This document shows positions 32,399 to 44,079 of a stretch of DNA of 64,000 nucleotides, piece by piece (position 1 is the first letter of the stretch; every line of letters starts with the position of its first letter). Under the pieces are notes generated by a model that saw only the letters and a program-made list of their open reading frames with translations, did not search any database and was not told the origin of the DNA. This stretch comes from a virus: IMG/VR virus record IMGVR_UViG_3300033463_000097. One strand, 5' to 3'. A program made the translations under genes and the position numbers.

Positions 32399-34741
32399 TT
32401 ATACTTTACTTACTCCGATTACTTTATTACCCTTGATAATCTGATTTCCTACGGTAGTTCTTGCGCCAACTGGTATATCCTTTGCGCTGACGCAAATAGA
32501 GTTTTTATTGCCAACTACCAAAATCATATCTTCATCAGAGATAAGTACCGCGGCAGAAGCAGGTTCTTTACTGTAAATTAAACCCTTACCACCACGATTT
32601 TGAAGTGGAATATCTTTTGTAGCAAATTTCTTTGCGGTCCCCGCTTCTGCGAACACGGCGAGGCTGTCATTGAGGTCTCTAATCGGGAGGCCGCACACTA
32701 CTTCATCAGTCCGCGCAAGCGCAATACCTTTAACACCCATTGTTACACGACCAGATGCCGCAACATCGGTAGACGCAATTTTTATCCCAAAACCCGCTTT
32801 TGAGAGTAAGATTACATCTTCATCTTTCACCAAGAATACCGACGCAAGGCTATCTCCATCCTTCAAACTAATCGCCGCAATACCATTTTTCTTCTTTGTC
32901 TTCAAATATTCTTCCAAACTTGTCTTTTTGACAATACCCTGTTTTGTAACAAAGAATACATATTGAGCATTTGTATCTCTATAAATAGAGTAAATAACCT
33001 GGGCGTATTCATCCGCAGCCATTTGAACAAGCGCATCAATTGGATATCCCTTCGATTGATTAGTTCCTTCTGGAATTTCATCGACCAAGAGACGATACAT
33101 ATTACCCTTGTTGGTAAAAATCATTAGATTATCAAGAGTATTGGTGCGGATAATCATTGATGTAATATCCTCTTGGTTCTTTACGCCCTTACCGTTGCGC
33201 TTCTGTGCTACAAAGTTTTTAGTGGGGATACGCTTCAAAGTATTGCCTTCTGTTAGCACAACGATACAGTTTTCGGCAACAATATCTTGAAGTTCGCCAT
33301 CAGCATTTTCTTCGGCAATATGAACTACTTTTGTTCTGCGGTCATCGCCATATTTCTTGATAATTTCTTGCCAACCCTTAATCAATTCTTGATTAAATTT
33401 ATTTTGGTCGTTCAAAATTTCTTCAATGCGCTGACGCTCTTTCTCTAAATCAGTTTTTTCATCTTCTAACTTCTTAACTTCAAGATTAGCCAAACGGCTA
33501 AGTTTCATATCAAGAACAGCCTTGGCCTGTTCTGCATCGAGAAGGAATCTCTCTTGCAGAGCCTTACTCGCAGTTGCTGCGCTTTCAGAAGATTTAATTA
33601 TCTGTACGACTTCATCAATCGAAGCAAGGCATATTAACAATCCATCAAGTATATGTATTCTATGCTTAATTTTTGTTAAATCAAAGTTAAAACCTCTGCG
33701 ATAGATAATCTTTTCATGGTCAATATGGGCTTGTAATGCTTCTTTCCAGCCAAAAATCTTTGGAAATCTACCATTATCCAGCATAGTCATATTGATGCCG
33801 TAATAATATTGTAATGATGTATTTTTATATAGATATTTAATTACTCTATCAGGGTTTATATTTTTATGTAAATAAATCTTAATATTTACGGTTTCGCCAG
33901 TTAGGTCATTATGTCTTTCTATACCGGGATTTTCTTCTGACATTTCAATTTCTTCCAACTGACCGCAGATTGTATTTGTATAAACTCCATAGGGAATTTC
34001 TTTTACAATTAGACAATGGTCTGATACATCATACTCAATAACTGACCGCAGTTTGCAAGCAGAACCATTCCCTGTCTTTAATGCCTGCTTTACTTCTGGT
34101 TCATTAAGCAACATAGCGCCAGTTGCAAAGTCTGGAACACAATAAATTTCATCAAAATCGCAATCCGGATTTTGCAGTAGATGTATTAGTGCATTATTTA
34201 CATCTTTTATATTGAACTGCGGAATAGAGCCTGCAAGTCCAATACCAATTCCCATTGTACCATTGACGATATTGTAAAATCCCTTACTTGGTAAAACTCC
34301 AGGGTATTTCTCAGTGTCATCATAATTATCTCTCCAATCGGTTATAGTATCTTTTTCTATATCATCAAATAGATGCCCGCAAACGCTACTTAAGCGACTT
34401 GAAGTGTAACGCTGATGTGCCCAGTTGCCTGAATCAAGAAGCGTTCCGACATTACCTTCAACATCCATGAGAGGATATCTCATAGCAAATGACTGGCCAG
34501 AGCGCATCAACACTCCAACGGCGCTACTATCGCCGTGGATATAGAAACGAGATAGAGAGCCAACCGCTTTTAAAGACTTTTTATATGGCTTGTCATATGT
34601 AAATTTATCTGTATATAGCGCATAAAAAATTTGTCTTGCGGAAGGTTTTAAACAATCACGCACATCAACCAGAGCACGAGACTGTAGAACAGCACCGGAA
34701 TACTGTGTAAATGACTGTTCAATTATATCTTTAAAATCCAT
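32399..34741 (-). CDS. type IIA topoisomerase subunit A (GyrA/ParC-like)
   Basis: The active-site region reads YIHGDSSAVGVLMRSGQSFAMRYPLMDVEGNVG, followed by a C-terminal beta-pinwheel region. 780 aa with no TAG. Confidence 0.85.
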   Translation of the reverse strand: MDFKDIIEQSFTQYSGAVLQSRALVDVRDCLKPSARQIFYALYTDKFTYDKPYKKSLKAVGSLSRFYIHGDSSAVGVLMRSGQSFAMRYPLMDVEGNVGTLLDSGNWAHQRYTSSRLSSVCGHLFDDIEKDTITDWRDNYDDTEKYPGVLPSKGFYNIVNGTMGIGIGLAGSIPQFNIKDVNNALIHLLQNPDCDFDEIYCVPDFATGAMLLNEPEVKQALKTGNGSACKLRSVIEYDVSDHCLIVKEIPYGVYTNTICGQLEEIEMSEENPGIERHNDLTGETVNIKIYLHKNINPDRVIKYLYKNTSLQYYYGINMTMLDNGRFPKIFGWKEALQAHIDHEKIIYRRGFNFDLTKIKHRIHILDGLLICLASIDEVVQIIKSSESAATASKALQERFLLDAEQAKAVLDMKLSRLANLEVKKLEDEKTDLEKERQRIEEILNDQNKFNQELIKGWQEIIKKYGDDRRTKVVHIAEENADGELQDIVAENCIVVLTEGNTLKRIPTKNFVAQKRNGKGVKNQEDITSMIIRTNTLDNLMIFTNKGNMYRLLVDEIPEGTNQSKGYPIDALVQMAADEYAQVIYSIYRDTNAQYVFFVTKQGIVKKTSLEEYLKTKKKNGIAAISLKDGDSLASVFLVKDEDVILLSKAGFGIKIASTDVAASGRVTMGVKGIALARTDEVVCGLPIRDLNDSLAVFAEAGTAKKFATKDIPLQNRGGKGLIYSKEPASAAVLISDEDMILVVGNKNSICVSAKDIPVGARTTVGNQIIKGNKVIGVSKV

Positions 34742-34752
34742 ATTTTATCTCC

Positions 34753-36606
34753 TTACTCTGAAATCGTGCTAAAATCTACATTTTTGAAAATGAAATCTCT
34801 GCGCGGCTCAACCTGTGGCCCCATCAATTGTTTCAACAAATCAATTGCTTTTTCATCATATTCCATTACATCAATTCGTTGATTTTTTGGCTCAAACATT
34901 GAGTTGCGGGCAGTTTGCGGCGACAATTGACCAAGTCCCTTGGCTCTTGTTACCTCTCCGCGTATTCTTCCTCTTACCTTTGAATATTCTTCATCATCAA
35001 AATAGTAAGATTCAGTACCTCTATTATTCACAATATACAGCGGAGACCGCAGCCAACACAGGCGCCCCTCTTTGATGAAATCTGGCGCAAGATATGTCAT
35101 CGCTGACATAATCAGCAAACCGATATGATACCCATCAGAGTCAGCATCGGTACAGATGCCAAGCCGGCCATAGCGCAGTTTCTTTGCGTCATACTTACCA
35201 GGGGTGATATTTAATGCGCTCAAAAGAAGTTTGATTTCTTCATTTTGGAATATATCTTCATCATCGTTTGATAGGCAGTTTATCATCTTACCCCGAATAG
35301 CCAATAGACCATAGGTTCGTGAGTCACGGGCCTGTGACATGGCTCCAAGAGCAGAGTCACCCTCGCAGATTAACAGAGTTGAATTTTGACCTAAAAACTC
35401 GGCATCTTTCAACTTGTCAGATGCAAATACCTTGCGCTTTTGATTCTTTTCAATGTCTTTTGTTGCTTCCAATACTTGGCGGCGTGCCCGTTCAGCGGCC
35501 GCTTCGGCACGGGAAATCTTGCGTAGAAGTTCAACAATTGTATTGAACTCGTCTTTATAGCTGCGCTCCATTTCTTTCAATGCATCGCTAAAGCAATTTG
35601 ATGCAAGAGTGCGCAAACTCGCATTATTTATCTTGCTCTTGGTCTGGTTGGCAAAACTTGGCTGCGCCACAGAGCAGTTGATAACATAAAATAGATTGCC
35701 TCTGATAGCATCGCCATCAAAGTTTTCATGCGAGAGAGTATTAAATGTGCGGGTAATCGCAGTCTTCGCGCCGGTTATTGGGGTACCACCTTCGGGACAC
35801 CGCAAACCGTTTACAAACACATAACCCTCTTCTCTCTTGGAACCCCACTGAAATGCTATTTCAACCATATCATCGCCATCTTTGGTAGAATTATAGATAA
35901 TATGATTATGTAGTGGAGTAGATAGATTTTCTTTTATAAAATCCTTAATGCCATTTTTGGCACAATAGGTATTTTTCTTTTTAGTTTCTATATTTGTAAT
36001 GGTGAATGTAATTCCACTATAAAGAAATGAAATATCTTTTATATCCTTACAAATCTTGTCAAATGAATAGCCAATTTCACCATTTTTAAACACTTCTGGA
36101 TCTGGACTAAACGATATTAATGTACCATTTGGTTCCGTGGTCGCGGATTCTTCATATTTTTCCAAATTGCCCTGTAAAAATTTTGCATGAGCACTTTTTC
36201 CATCTCTATATGTGTAAACCTCAAACCACTTTGCTGACAGACAAACACACTTAGCCCCGATGCCATTCAGGCCCGAGGCGTTTTTATATACGCTTTCATT
36301 GAACTTACCACCAGTATGAGAACGAGAATATATTGAAACCAATACATTTTCGCCGTCTTCTCGCATACCAAAAGGCACTCCACGACCGTAGTCTCTAACG
36401 CAGACTGAATTTCCTTTTTCGCTTACATAAATCTCAATTTTATCTCCAAAACCGGCCAATGCTTCATCTGTGGAGTTATTGATAATCTCTTTAAATGCTT
36501 GGTATGTTCCCTCATTATCATCCGATCCAAGGTACATTTGGATACGAGTACGCACACCTTCACGGAAATCAAGAGATTGTATGGCTTCAATACCATAATT
36601 ATCCAT
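34753..36606 (-). CDS. type IIA topoisomerase subunit B (GyrB/ParE-like)
   Basis: GHKL ATPase motifs (EIINNSTDEALAGFGDKIEI; DYGRGVPFG) and TOPRIM (LLICEGDSALG). Confidence 0.85.
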   Translation of the reverse strand: MDNYGIEAIQSLDFREGVRTRIQMYLGSDDNEGTYQAFKEIINNSTDEALAGFGDKIEIYVSEKGNSVCVRDYGRGVPFGMREDGENVLVSIYSRSHTGGKFNESVYKNASGLNGIGAKCVCLSAKWFEVYTYRDGKSAHAKFLQGNLEKYEESATTEPNGTLISFSPDPEVFKNGEIGYSFDKICKDIKDISFLYSGITFTITNIETKKKNTYCAKNGIKDFIKENLSTPLHNHIIYNSTKDGDDMVEIAFQWGSKREEGYVFVNGLRCPEGGTPITGAKTAITRTFNTLSHENFDGDAIRGNLFYVINCSVAQPSFANQTKSKINNASLRTLASNCFSDALKEMERSYKDEFNTIVELLRKISRAEAAAERARRQVLEATKDIEKNQKRKVFASDKLKDAEFLGQNSTLLICEGDSALGAMSQARDSRTYGLLAIRGKMINCLSNDDEDIFQNEEIKLLLSALNITPGKYDAKKLRYGRLGICTDADSDGYHIGLLIMSAMTYLAPDFIKEGRLCWLRSPLYIVNNRGTESYYFDDEEYSKVRGRIRGEVTRAKGLGQLSPQTARNSMFEPKNQRIDVMEYDEKAIDLLKQLMGPQVEPRRDFIFKNVDFSTISE

Positions 36607-37060
36607 ATTTTCGCATTACCTCCTCTTCGGTCATACGGCCAGTAGCAAGAGCATCGGCTAGTTCATTGCCTAAAATACCCTTATGACCGTCGATTTTTAT
36701 TAATTCAATTTTATATCCTTTTTCTTCTATTTTATCATATTTTTGTATAATTTGCAAGTTTTCTGGCGTTTTTTTATCACTTTTTATCCATCCGTTATAC
36801 TTCCAATTATTTTTCCATTTAGTTAATGTATTTATTGTATATGCACTATCACAATATACAATTGGAACAAAGAAATTGTATTCATGACCAAAACGAATTA
36901 GTGCATATAAAGCCGCTGATAATTCCATTTCATTATTTGTAGTATTTTTAAATTGTTCTTGGTGGCAGAATACAACTTTATCATCGCTATCTAATTTTAC
37001 AACAGCGAATCCACCGGGACCAGGATTAGGATGCGCCGAGCCATCAATGTATATAGCCAT
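36599..37060 (-). CDS. rnhA: ribonuclease HI
   Basis: RNase H fold motifs (IYIDGSAHPNPGPGGFAVV, ELSAALYAL, DSAYTIN, IDGHKGILGNELADALA). Confidence 0.85.
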   Translation of the reverse strand: MAIYIDGSAHPNPGPGGFAVVKLDSDDKVVFCHQEQFKNTTNNEMELSAALYALIRFGHEYNFFVPIVYCDSAYTINTLTKWKNNWKYNGWIKSDKKTPENLQIIQKYDKIEEKGYKIELIKIDGHKGILGNELADALATGRMTEEEVMRKYG

Positions 37061-37227
37061 CAAAAACCTCTTTCTTCATCTTCACCTGGTAGTATTCGCA
37101 CATCTATATCTTCTGGAATACAAATGACTATATCATTAGGATAAGCCATTTCAAATGTTTTGTGAATCTGTTGAATTACTTCCCAGTCATATTTATCAGT
37201 TGGAAAAGTTACTATAATTCTCTTCAT
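37060..37227 (-). CDS. small hypothetical protein
   Basis: 55-aa ORF with ATGA overlaps to both neighbouring genes. Confidence 0.4.
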   Translation of the reverse strand: MKRIIVTFPTDKYDWEVIQQIHKTFEMAYPNDIVICIPEDIDVRILPGEDEERGF

Positions 37228-37928
37228 TCTAAACTCCAATCTATTGGTTTACTACCCATTTTCTCTAAAAATTCATTAGCCCGTGAGAAACAATAACTTC
37301 CAAAAAATGGGATACTTCCTCTTGATGCGCTTAACGGACTTGGATGACTACATAAAATACAAGACTTTTTCTTTTCTTCTAAGATTTTTATCCAATATTG
37401 AGTATTAAACTCTGGTAAAAATGTCGTTCTCAGCACGTCCTGAGCGTAATTTCCCCACGCCATAAATACGATTGGCTGCTCTAAAAAGGCTGTTTTTAAT
37501 ACAACATTTCGTGTAAAATCTTGCCATCCCCAATTAGAGTGACTATTTGCATGATGTGCTTCAACGGTCAGTGTTGCGTTGAGTAGCAGCACTCCCCGTT
37601 CAGCCCATGGGGTTAAGTCTGTTGTTGTAGGCATTGCGCAACCGATATCGGCGCACATTTCTTTAAATATATTCCGTAAACTAGGTTGAATCGGATTTCC
37701 ATTCGCAATTGAAAATGCTAACCCGTTAGCCTGACCTGGCGTATGATATGGGTCTTGCCCTATAATTACTACTTTTACATTGTCCGGAGGTGTTAATTCA
37801 AACGCGCGGAATATCTAATCCTACGGAGGGCAAATTATCTTACCATTTTCTCGCTCTGTTTTTGCGGATGCGGCAAGACATTGTGCTTTAAAAATTGCTT
37901 CTGGGGCTAAAATATCTGTCCATTTCAT
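37224..37928 (-). CDS. ung: uracil-DNA glycosylase (family 1), 2 in-frame TAG
   Basis: GQDPYH and HPSPLSASRGSIPFFGS motifs. The first TAG aligns with the Gln of the conserved E. coli PPQ motif, and the second sits in the position of the human PPPHQ Gln. Confidence 0.8.
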
Positions 37929-37959
37929 AAAAATTCATTCCTTTTTCCTATATATAAAT

Positions 37960-37988
37960 ATTATAACATATTTTTTTATAGAAAACAA
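37960..37988 (-). promoter_or_regulatory. sigmaA-type promoter TTGTTT-17-TGtTATAAT
   Basis: Upstream of ung. Confidence 0.5.
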
Positions 37989-37989
37989 T

Positions 37990-38020
37990 AAACCCCGTAG
38001 ATAAAAATCTACGGGGTTTA
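37990..38020. terminator. intrinsic terminator (aaccccgtagat / atctacggggtt)
   Basis: A perfect 12-bp stem follows the holin gene. Confidence 0.65.
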
Positions 38021-38023
38021 TAA

Positions 38024-38353
38024 TCATATACCATAATCAGTATTTATGTCAATCGGTTCTTCCTCTTGGCCAGGCTCAAAAGGCAATATTTCATCATCAA
38101 GCAAGTCATTTAGAATTGCTTCATATTTAATACCATTTTTAGTATTTTCTGCTTTTGCCTTATTGTAGTAGAAACCTTGACTTACGCCATATGCGCTCCA
38201 CGCTACACCGGGGATAACGCTAAGCCAAGGTAGAGAACCGGTATATCCGTTGATAACACATAAAAAGGCTAGAACAATATAAGAAATTGTTATAATCCAG
38301 ATTAGTAACCCTTCCCAAATTAGTAATTTTTTGGAAAATTCTTTTTGTTTCAT
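38024..38353 (-). CDS. putative holin (two TM helices, charged C-terminal tail)
   Basis: It lies immediately downstream of the endolysin, and its ATG overlaps the lysin TGA (ATGA). Confidence 0.5.
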   Translation of the reverse strand: MKQKEFSKKLLIWEGLLIWIITISYIVLAFLCVINGYTGSLPWLSVIPGVAWSAYGVSQGFYYNKAKAENTKNGIKYEAILNDLLDDEILPFEPGQEEEPIDINTDYGI

Positions 38354-40056
38354 TTTAGTAATCCCAATTTCTTCAAAATTCTATGAACTACTGTAATGAA
38401 TTCCTCTCTGGTAATATATTTCTTATACATCTTGCGGCCCTTGTCATCACCTTGAATGAAACCATTTTGCTCGGCCCAAGCACGTGCTTCGGCAGACCAA
38501 CTTTCATTTGTGTCTTTATTTGCCTGTTCGACAATCCAAGTTTCCATCATTTCATTAAATCTTTCCTGTGTCATATCTTCATCCTCCTCTGCTAATGCAT
38601 TAGTGACAGTTGTAGCCAATTCGCCCAAACGATTATATAGCCAATCGCCGGGGCAGGATTTATTTGCGAACCAACGATGGACTGTAATAATCATTTCATC
38701 TGCTTTTGGTTCATAACCTAATGCCATAGTCTTATCACTAAACCAGATTAATTTTGTTTTATTATAACGTTTGCATATGTCAATACATAGTCTTATTAAT
38801 GACTAGAAGACAACTTCATTCATACGATATGGGTCAAATGTATCGCTTGCGCATTCAATAGTAATAGCGCGATTATCATTTGCCGTGTTTGAAGAACACC
38901 AACTTCTATCTTTTTCCTCAACATATAGTCCAATGCGGCCGTCCTTATCAATGCCATAATTTGAAGAAGCCTAAGTGGTTGAACGAGCAAACCACGCTCC
39001 AAGTGCTTCTGCAGTGCATTGTCCTACAACGCAATGAGGAGTAATTCTATCAATAGAATGAGTGCGATTTGCAGTCTTATTTGGTGATATTGTTTTTACT
39101 GCGATTAATGGACTATTGCTCATTTCTTGTTTTTCCTCCTCAACTTTTGGCTTTTCTGTTTCATTTACGTTAGTTTTTTTTTCAGTTACAATAAATGGAC
39201 TATATCCTTTTGATTGTAAATCTCTTAACATATTTTCAGCATTACTTCTTACTGAAAATGCTCCTACCTATACTTTATAATATGGGGCAACATATGTAAC
39301 AAAAGCATTTTTATAATTAGCCCCAAGGGTTTTGATTTTATCACAAAAAGCATTTGCATTTTGTTTCGATGCGAAAGCGCCAACCTATATTCTATATATC
39401 ATAGAAATAGTTTCAGTTGGCTATTCAACTGTTTTATATTCATCTTTAAAATAAATAGCAACCATGTTATCAACAGGACGATTGTAAGAAGCAACTGCAT
39501 ATGGCTTTCCACTATATAGTAATCTTGTGCTGCCTCCGCCATCTAAGTTAATAGCATAAGTGCAACCAGTTTTTAATACTATATCAGCCGCTTCGTTAAA
39601 TGTGGCTCCTGGACTATCAATAGAAAATGTATAGACATAATTTTCATCATACCCAATAATAGTTCTACGTGCGCGTCCAGAAATTTCTGTTGCCATAGAA
39701 ATGGGAGCTTTCTATCCGTTTACCACAAGTGGCGGATATCCAGAAATAAAATCTATCCAATTTCTTTCATTATCTCTACCATAGCATAAATTTCCAGTAG
39801 TATCAATACCCATACCATAAATTAAGCCAGTATCAACAGCTTTAATTATTCCATTATCAATATAATCCATTGTTGGTTTTCCATCGCTGAAATTAAAAAA
39901 TCCGCCATTAATTAGAATGTCGGGCTTATTATTTACACTATTATAATAATTATCTAGCGTCTAAGTTGGCTCCTTAGCTGAAACAAAATCAATTTTTTGA
40001 ATATGTTCTTTCTTTGTTTTTGTAATAAATACATTTGACTAAACCTATAATCCCAT
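38350..40056 (-). CDS. multi-domain endolysin: phosphodiester-glycosidase-like domain, two SPOR repeats, Amidase_2-like domain and a C-terminal SLH domain; about 8 in-frame TAG
   Basis: Track ORFs 39421.., 38971.. and 38350.. are in one frame. The domains show AINLDGGGST (NAGPA-like), VGAFASKQNA/VGAFSVRSNAENMLRDLQSKGY (SPOR), a PGRP-like YGIDKDGRIGLYVEEKDRSW...RAITIE, and SWSAEARAWAEQNGFIQGDDKGRKMYKKYITREEFITVVHRIL (SLH). Confidence 0.7.
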
Positions 40057-40102
40057 TCATTTCACCCCTTTATAAAAAAGTAGAGGCTATAAATTATAGC
40101 CT

Positions 40103-41359
40103 CTACGCAATTTCTGCTATTCTACTACGGTGAATTTGTTTCAATTCAACTTCACCATATATATCTTCGCCTCTAAATACTTTTGAGACGCGTCTCATTC
40201 CATTATTTATACCTTCATAATCAACTAAATCAACCTGACTTTTTGTATCGCCATCAAGTATAATGATGGAATCTTCTCCAACTCTTTGAAGAGCAAGTTT
40301 TAATAATTCTACATCCAAATTCTGCGCTTCCGTTATATAAATACCTGCGTTCATTCCAGAGGTGTCATAGCCTCGAATATCGCTCATTGGAAGTAGAATT
40401 AATTTTTCATTATCAATTAACTATTCAACAGCAATCTTTCCACCAATTTTACTTGAAAGAAAATTACCAATTTGTGAATCTAATAGTTTTTCATCACGAG
40501 ACCCAGGATAAAATCCCAATTTTGCTGCATTTTTAGTAGCAACAGTATTGCAAAATATAATAATTTTATCTATTTTTCCCCTATCCAAAAGTGAAAATAA
40601 ATAACCTACAGCAAGATGTGATTTACCTGCGCCCGCAGGACCTTTTATCATTGTAATTTTATTATTCATTAAACTGTCCGCGGCCATAGCCTGATAAATA
40701 TCGCCACGATATGGTTTAACTTCACCTAATTGTTTTGAATAAAAACTTTTATATTTTAGTTGTCTAAATTCTTTTCCAGTCCACAGTAATGTATCTACTC
40801 TCTCTTGGCTTTTTTTATCATATATATTAATATATTCATTGATATATAGCTCTTCACTATATTCCTATTGGTTAGAGTAGAAGTAAGCCATTTCTTCTTC
40901 GTTAAAGTAATATTCTTTATATCCAGTATAATCATCATTATCTATTTTAATGCTTTCGATATTATCTATTCCAAAAATTGGTATCGCGAGCATTTTTAAT
41001 GCAACATCATTCGTAACAAATTTTGGTAATTGTTGAACCATATTACTGTGATGATATACCATAGCAAGAATTTTTGTATCATTGGTTACTTCATATTTAA
41101 ATTCTTCTAATATATCCAGACAATCTATATTATAGGGCAAGCATTCCCATTTATCTGGATTTTCATCAAGTTTATGAAGAAGCTGGCGAGCAGTATACTT
41201 GACGCTTTGGTCCTTATTAGCGGAAGTTTTGATATGCTCTAATTCATTAAGTGTAATGGATGTAATTATAATATTTTCATCCTCTTTTTTATTTTCAAAG
41301 AGCGAATCGGCTACTAATAATAAACTACTTGTATCATAATATTTATTCGTCATCTTCAT
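40103..41359 (-). CDS. phoH: PhoH-like ATPase with N-terminal PIN domain (YlaK-like), 1-2 in-frame TAG
   Basis: PhoH motifs are GPAGAGKSHLAV and LGFYPGSRDEKL. Track ORFs 40865.., 40421.. and 40103.. share a frame. Confidence 0.75.
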
Positions 41360-41663
41360 ATTCTTCTTCTTCCTCTTCTTCATTAGAAATACAAAACCCA
41401 ATGGCCTAGGTTTTGTTGTTTGATGATTTTTTATCTGCAATTTCCTATGTTTTAAGATTTATTTCGGCAATTTTTATTGCCATATTACCTTTTTTTGTTT
41501 CAAGCCACGATAAAAAAGTTGCTTGTAATTCATCTAATATTGGGGCTATCCACTAGCAAAAGGCAAAACCTGCGAAAAAAATAAGTAAAACTTTAATAAA
41601 AATCACCCTTTCTACTGGCTATATATTTTAAGTTAGGTGATTTAAAAATTAATCATTTTTGCC

Positions 41664-42074
41664 CTATCTTTTCTTTCGTATATATTTATAAAAATCATCT
41701 TTATCTTCAATATATTGCTTTAAACTCGCTTTTTCAAAATTTATTTTATTATTACACCATTTAATTTTTTCTTCAAGATTTTTAATTTCTTTTAACAATC
41801 TTTTATATACATAATCTGATGTTGAAATTTTTGGACTTATTGTGCTTTTAAAATGGGCTAGTCCGGTAAGTTCATTATGAGCAATCTTACGCTTTGCTTT
41901 AAAATAGTTAATACGAGCGCGCCTTAGAGCAATTTCACATCCAACCTTTTCACTTTTCATATCTTCATCTTCAGCGGCGACATGTGACTGTCCAATATAT
42001 ATGTCCTATCCTTCCCAAATAGCGCATAGGGCCAGACCGTTTTCTTCATCCCATTCAAAATAAGGTTCCGTCAA
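41664..42074 (-). CDS. hypothetical protein, 1 in-frame TAG (probable TTG start)
   Basis: Extends track ORF 41664..41960 upstream to a GGAG RBS. Confidence 0.4.
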
Positions 42075-42123
42075 TTTATTCAACTCCTTTTTTTATTTTA
42101 TTATAGCAAAAAAAATAAAAAAA

Positions 42124-42153
42124 AGCAACCGAGAGAATGTTCTCTCGGTTGCT
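42124..42153 (-). terminator. intrinsic terminator (agcaaccgagaga / tctctcggttgct, followed by a T-run on the minus strand)
   Basis: A 13-bp stem immediately after the stop of the 42154 gene. Confidence 0.65.
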
Positions 42154-42735
42154 TTATATAAGTCCAAAATTTGATTTTTGATTTATAAAAAATCCAGCAT
42201 CTGTATAGATTTCGTTTAAAATATCTTTATTGTCAAGCATTTCTTGATAAGTCAGCCATTGACACTGAACAAGTAAAATAGAGATATAAGTAAGAATAAT
42301 TTGCAGATTATATTTGTTCAATGTAATTATTTTGAAAGGTTTTAATAAATCTATATTTTCAGTAATAAAATCAATTAACGCATCGACATCATCAAGTTTT
42401 TTAGAGTCAAATTGACGCACTTGTGTTATTGTGATAAATTCCTCTGCCGTGATTTCATCGTTAAAAACTAGCTCTAAGAAATTAGTATTATTTATAAACT
42501 TTTGTATTAATAGGCAATATTTATCATAATTTTTTTTAGATGAATAGAATTCTATAAATTGATAAAAAGATGTTAATTGATTTTCGGTTGCCTCTTCATC
42601 CGTTAAAACAATCGGATAAAATATAATATCATCAATACTAATTAAGTCACTATCTAATTCTTCATCTTGTTCAAGATAATCAATAATATTCATTTTAGTT
42701 TTTTGTATATATAAAAGGTTACTTTCATTAGACAT
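42154..42735 (-). CDS. hypothetical protein (last gene of the radical-SAM operon)
   Basis: 193-aa ORF. An AGGAGG RBS precedes it and its start overlaps the radical-SAM stop. Confidence 0.5.
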   Translation of the reverse strand: MSNESNLLYIQKTKMNIIDYLEQDEELDSDLISIDDIIFYPIVLTDEEATENQLTSFYQFIEFYSSKKNYDKYCLLIQKFINNTNFLELVFNDEITAEEFITITQVRQFDSKKLDDVDALIDFITENIDLLKPFKIITLNKYNLQIILTYISILLVQCQWLTYQEMLDNKDILNEIYTDAGFFINQKSNFGLI

Positions 42736-44074
42736 TTTTATTTGCCTCCTTTGATAGCTATAATAAAGAATTAAATTCCTCTTCTGAAATAATTTGTAGT
42801 GCCCAATCTTTTGGGACTAAAAGAGGCATTGGATTTTGTATATGTGTTTTTAAATAGCTTTTATTTTTTAGATAACTAGATGCTAAAACTCTTGCTATAT
42901 GAGTAATACAATGATAGTTAGTTCTATATCCTATTTCATTAGATACCTCATATGAGTATGCCGCACAATCTCCGCATCCTTCTTGTATTGGACAATCAAT
43001 ACAATCTTTATGACAACTTAGCTATTTTTGACGATTAACGGTTTTAAACTGTTCAATTATTTTTTCCTATTCATCATTATAAATAAAACCATGCTCAACA
43101 TCACCAATTTTCATTTTAATTGCTTTTTCATATCCAATTGAGCTTGGGCAATATCTTAAACAAGGATAAATATCTCCTCTTGGGTCAAGGCATATCATTG
43201 AGCCAGAACCTCCACACCAGGGTATATCTTTTTCGTACCGTGTAACGCCACATTCATCATCCAAAATTGTAATATATATATCATCTTGTAGATTATTTTC
43301 TAATAAATAATCATTTAATTGTTTTAATTGTTCATATAAAATTTTTCCATCAACATCTGTCCACCCTTCTTCATAGACGCAGTTAATAAAAATAATTTTA
43401 TATTTTTCTATACTAATTAAATCATGTAATGCTATATAAACCTTATCAACATTAGAAGGAGATATAGTAATTTTGGTCTAGTCTAAGAGTTGATTTTTTC
43501 TCCAATCTTCAACTGCCCTATGTACAATATCATATGACCCTTTTCCATCTGGAAATAATCTACACGTATCATGTAAATCTTTATTCCCATCAATTGTAAT
43601 TGTCATATTTATATACTATTTATACTTATTTAAATAGTTTTGAACCTTTGGCTCAAAATATAACGTACCATTTGTAGCAATATTGAATCTAAAACGAAAT
43701 AACCACGGATGATTTAATCTAATTAATTCATCAATAAAATATTCACTCACCTAATCGATAAGTTCAATTTCTAATAATGGCTCTCCACCAATGAAATCAA
43801 TTATGGCTCCCTTGCTTTCCCATGAATTAATATATTTTTTACTTCTATCATCGCCTGCTAATAAAATATCTATAAATTTTTTAGCTGTATTAAAATCTAA
43901 TTTGGTAGATGTTTTTTCATGCTAATAACAATATGAACATTTGAGGTTGCAAAATTCAGTTACCTATAATGTTATTGTATAGACGTGATTTCCACCAACC
44001 CTAGTATTAATACGCTCATTTGGATAGAATAACCTGATAATCTAATCTGAGAATTGCTCATTTTTTATTTTCAT
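42728..44074 (-). CDS. radical SAM / SPASM-domain maturase (anSME-like), 6 or more in-frame TAG
   Basis: The N-terminal part reads MKIKNEQFSDqIIRLF...TITLqVTEFCNLKCSYCYqHEKT (CxxxCxxC) with a glycine-rich GGEPLL motif. The C-terminal auxiliary-cluster cysteines are ...DDECGVTRYEKDIPWCGGSGSMICLDPRGDIYPCLRYCPSS...CHKDCIDCPIQEGCGDC. The frame is 449 codons. Confidence 0.75.
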
Positions 44075-44079
44075 AGCAT

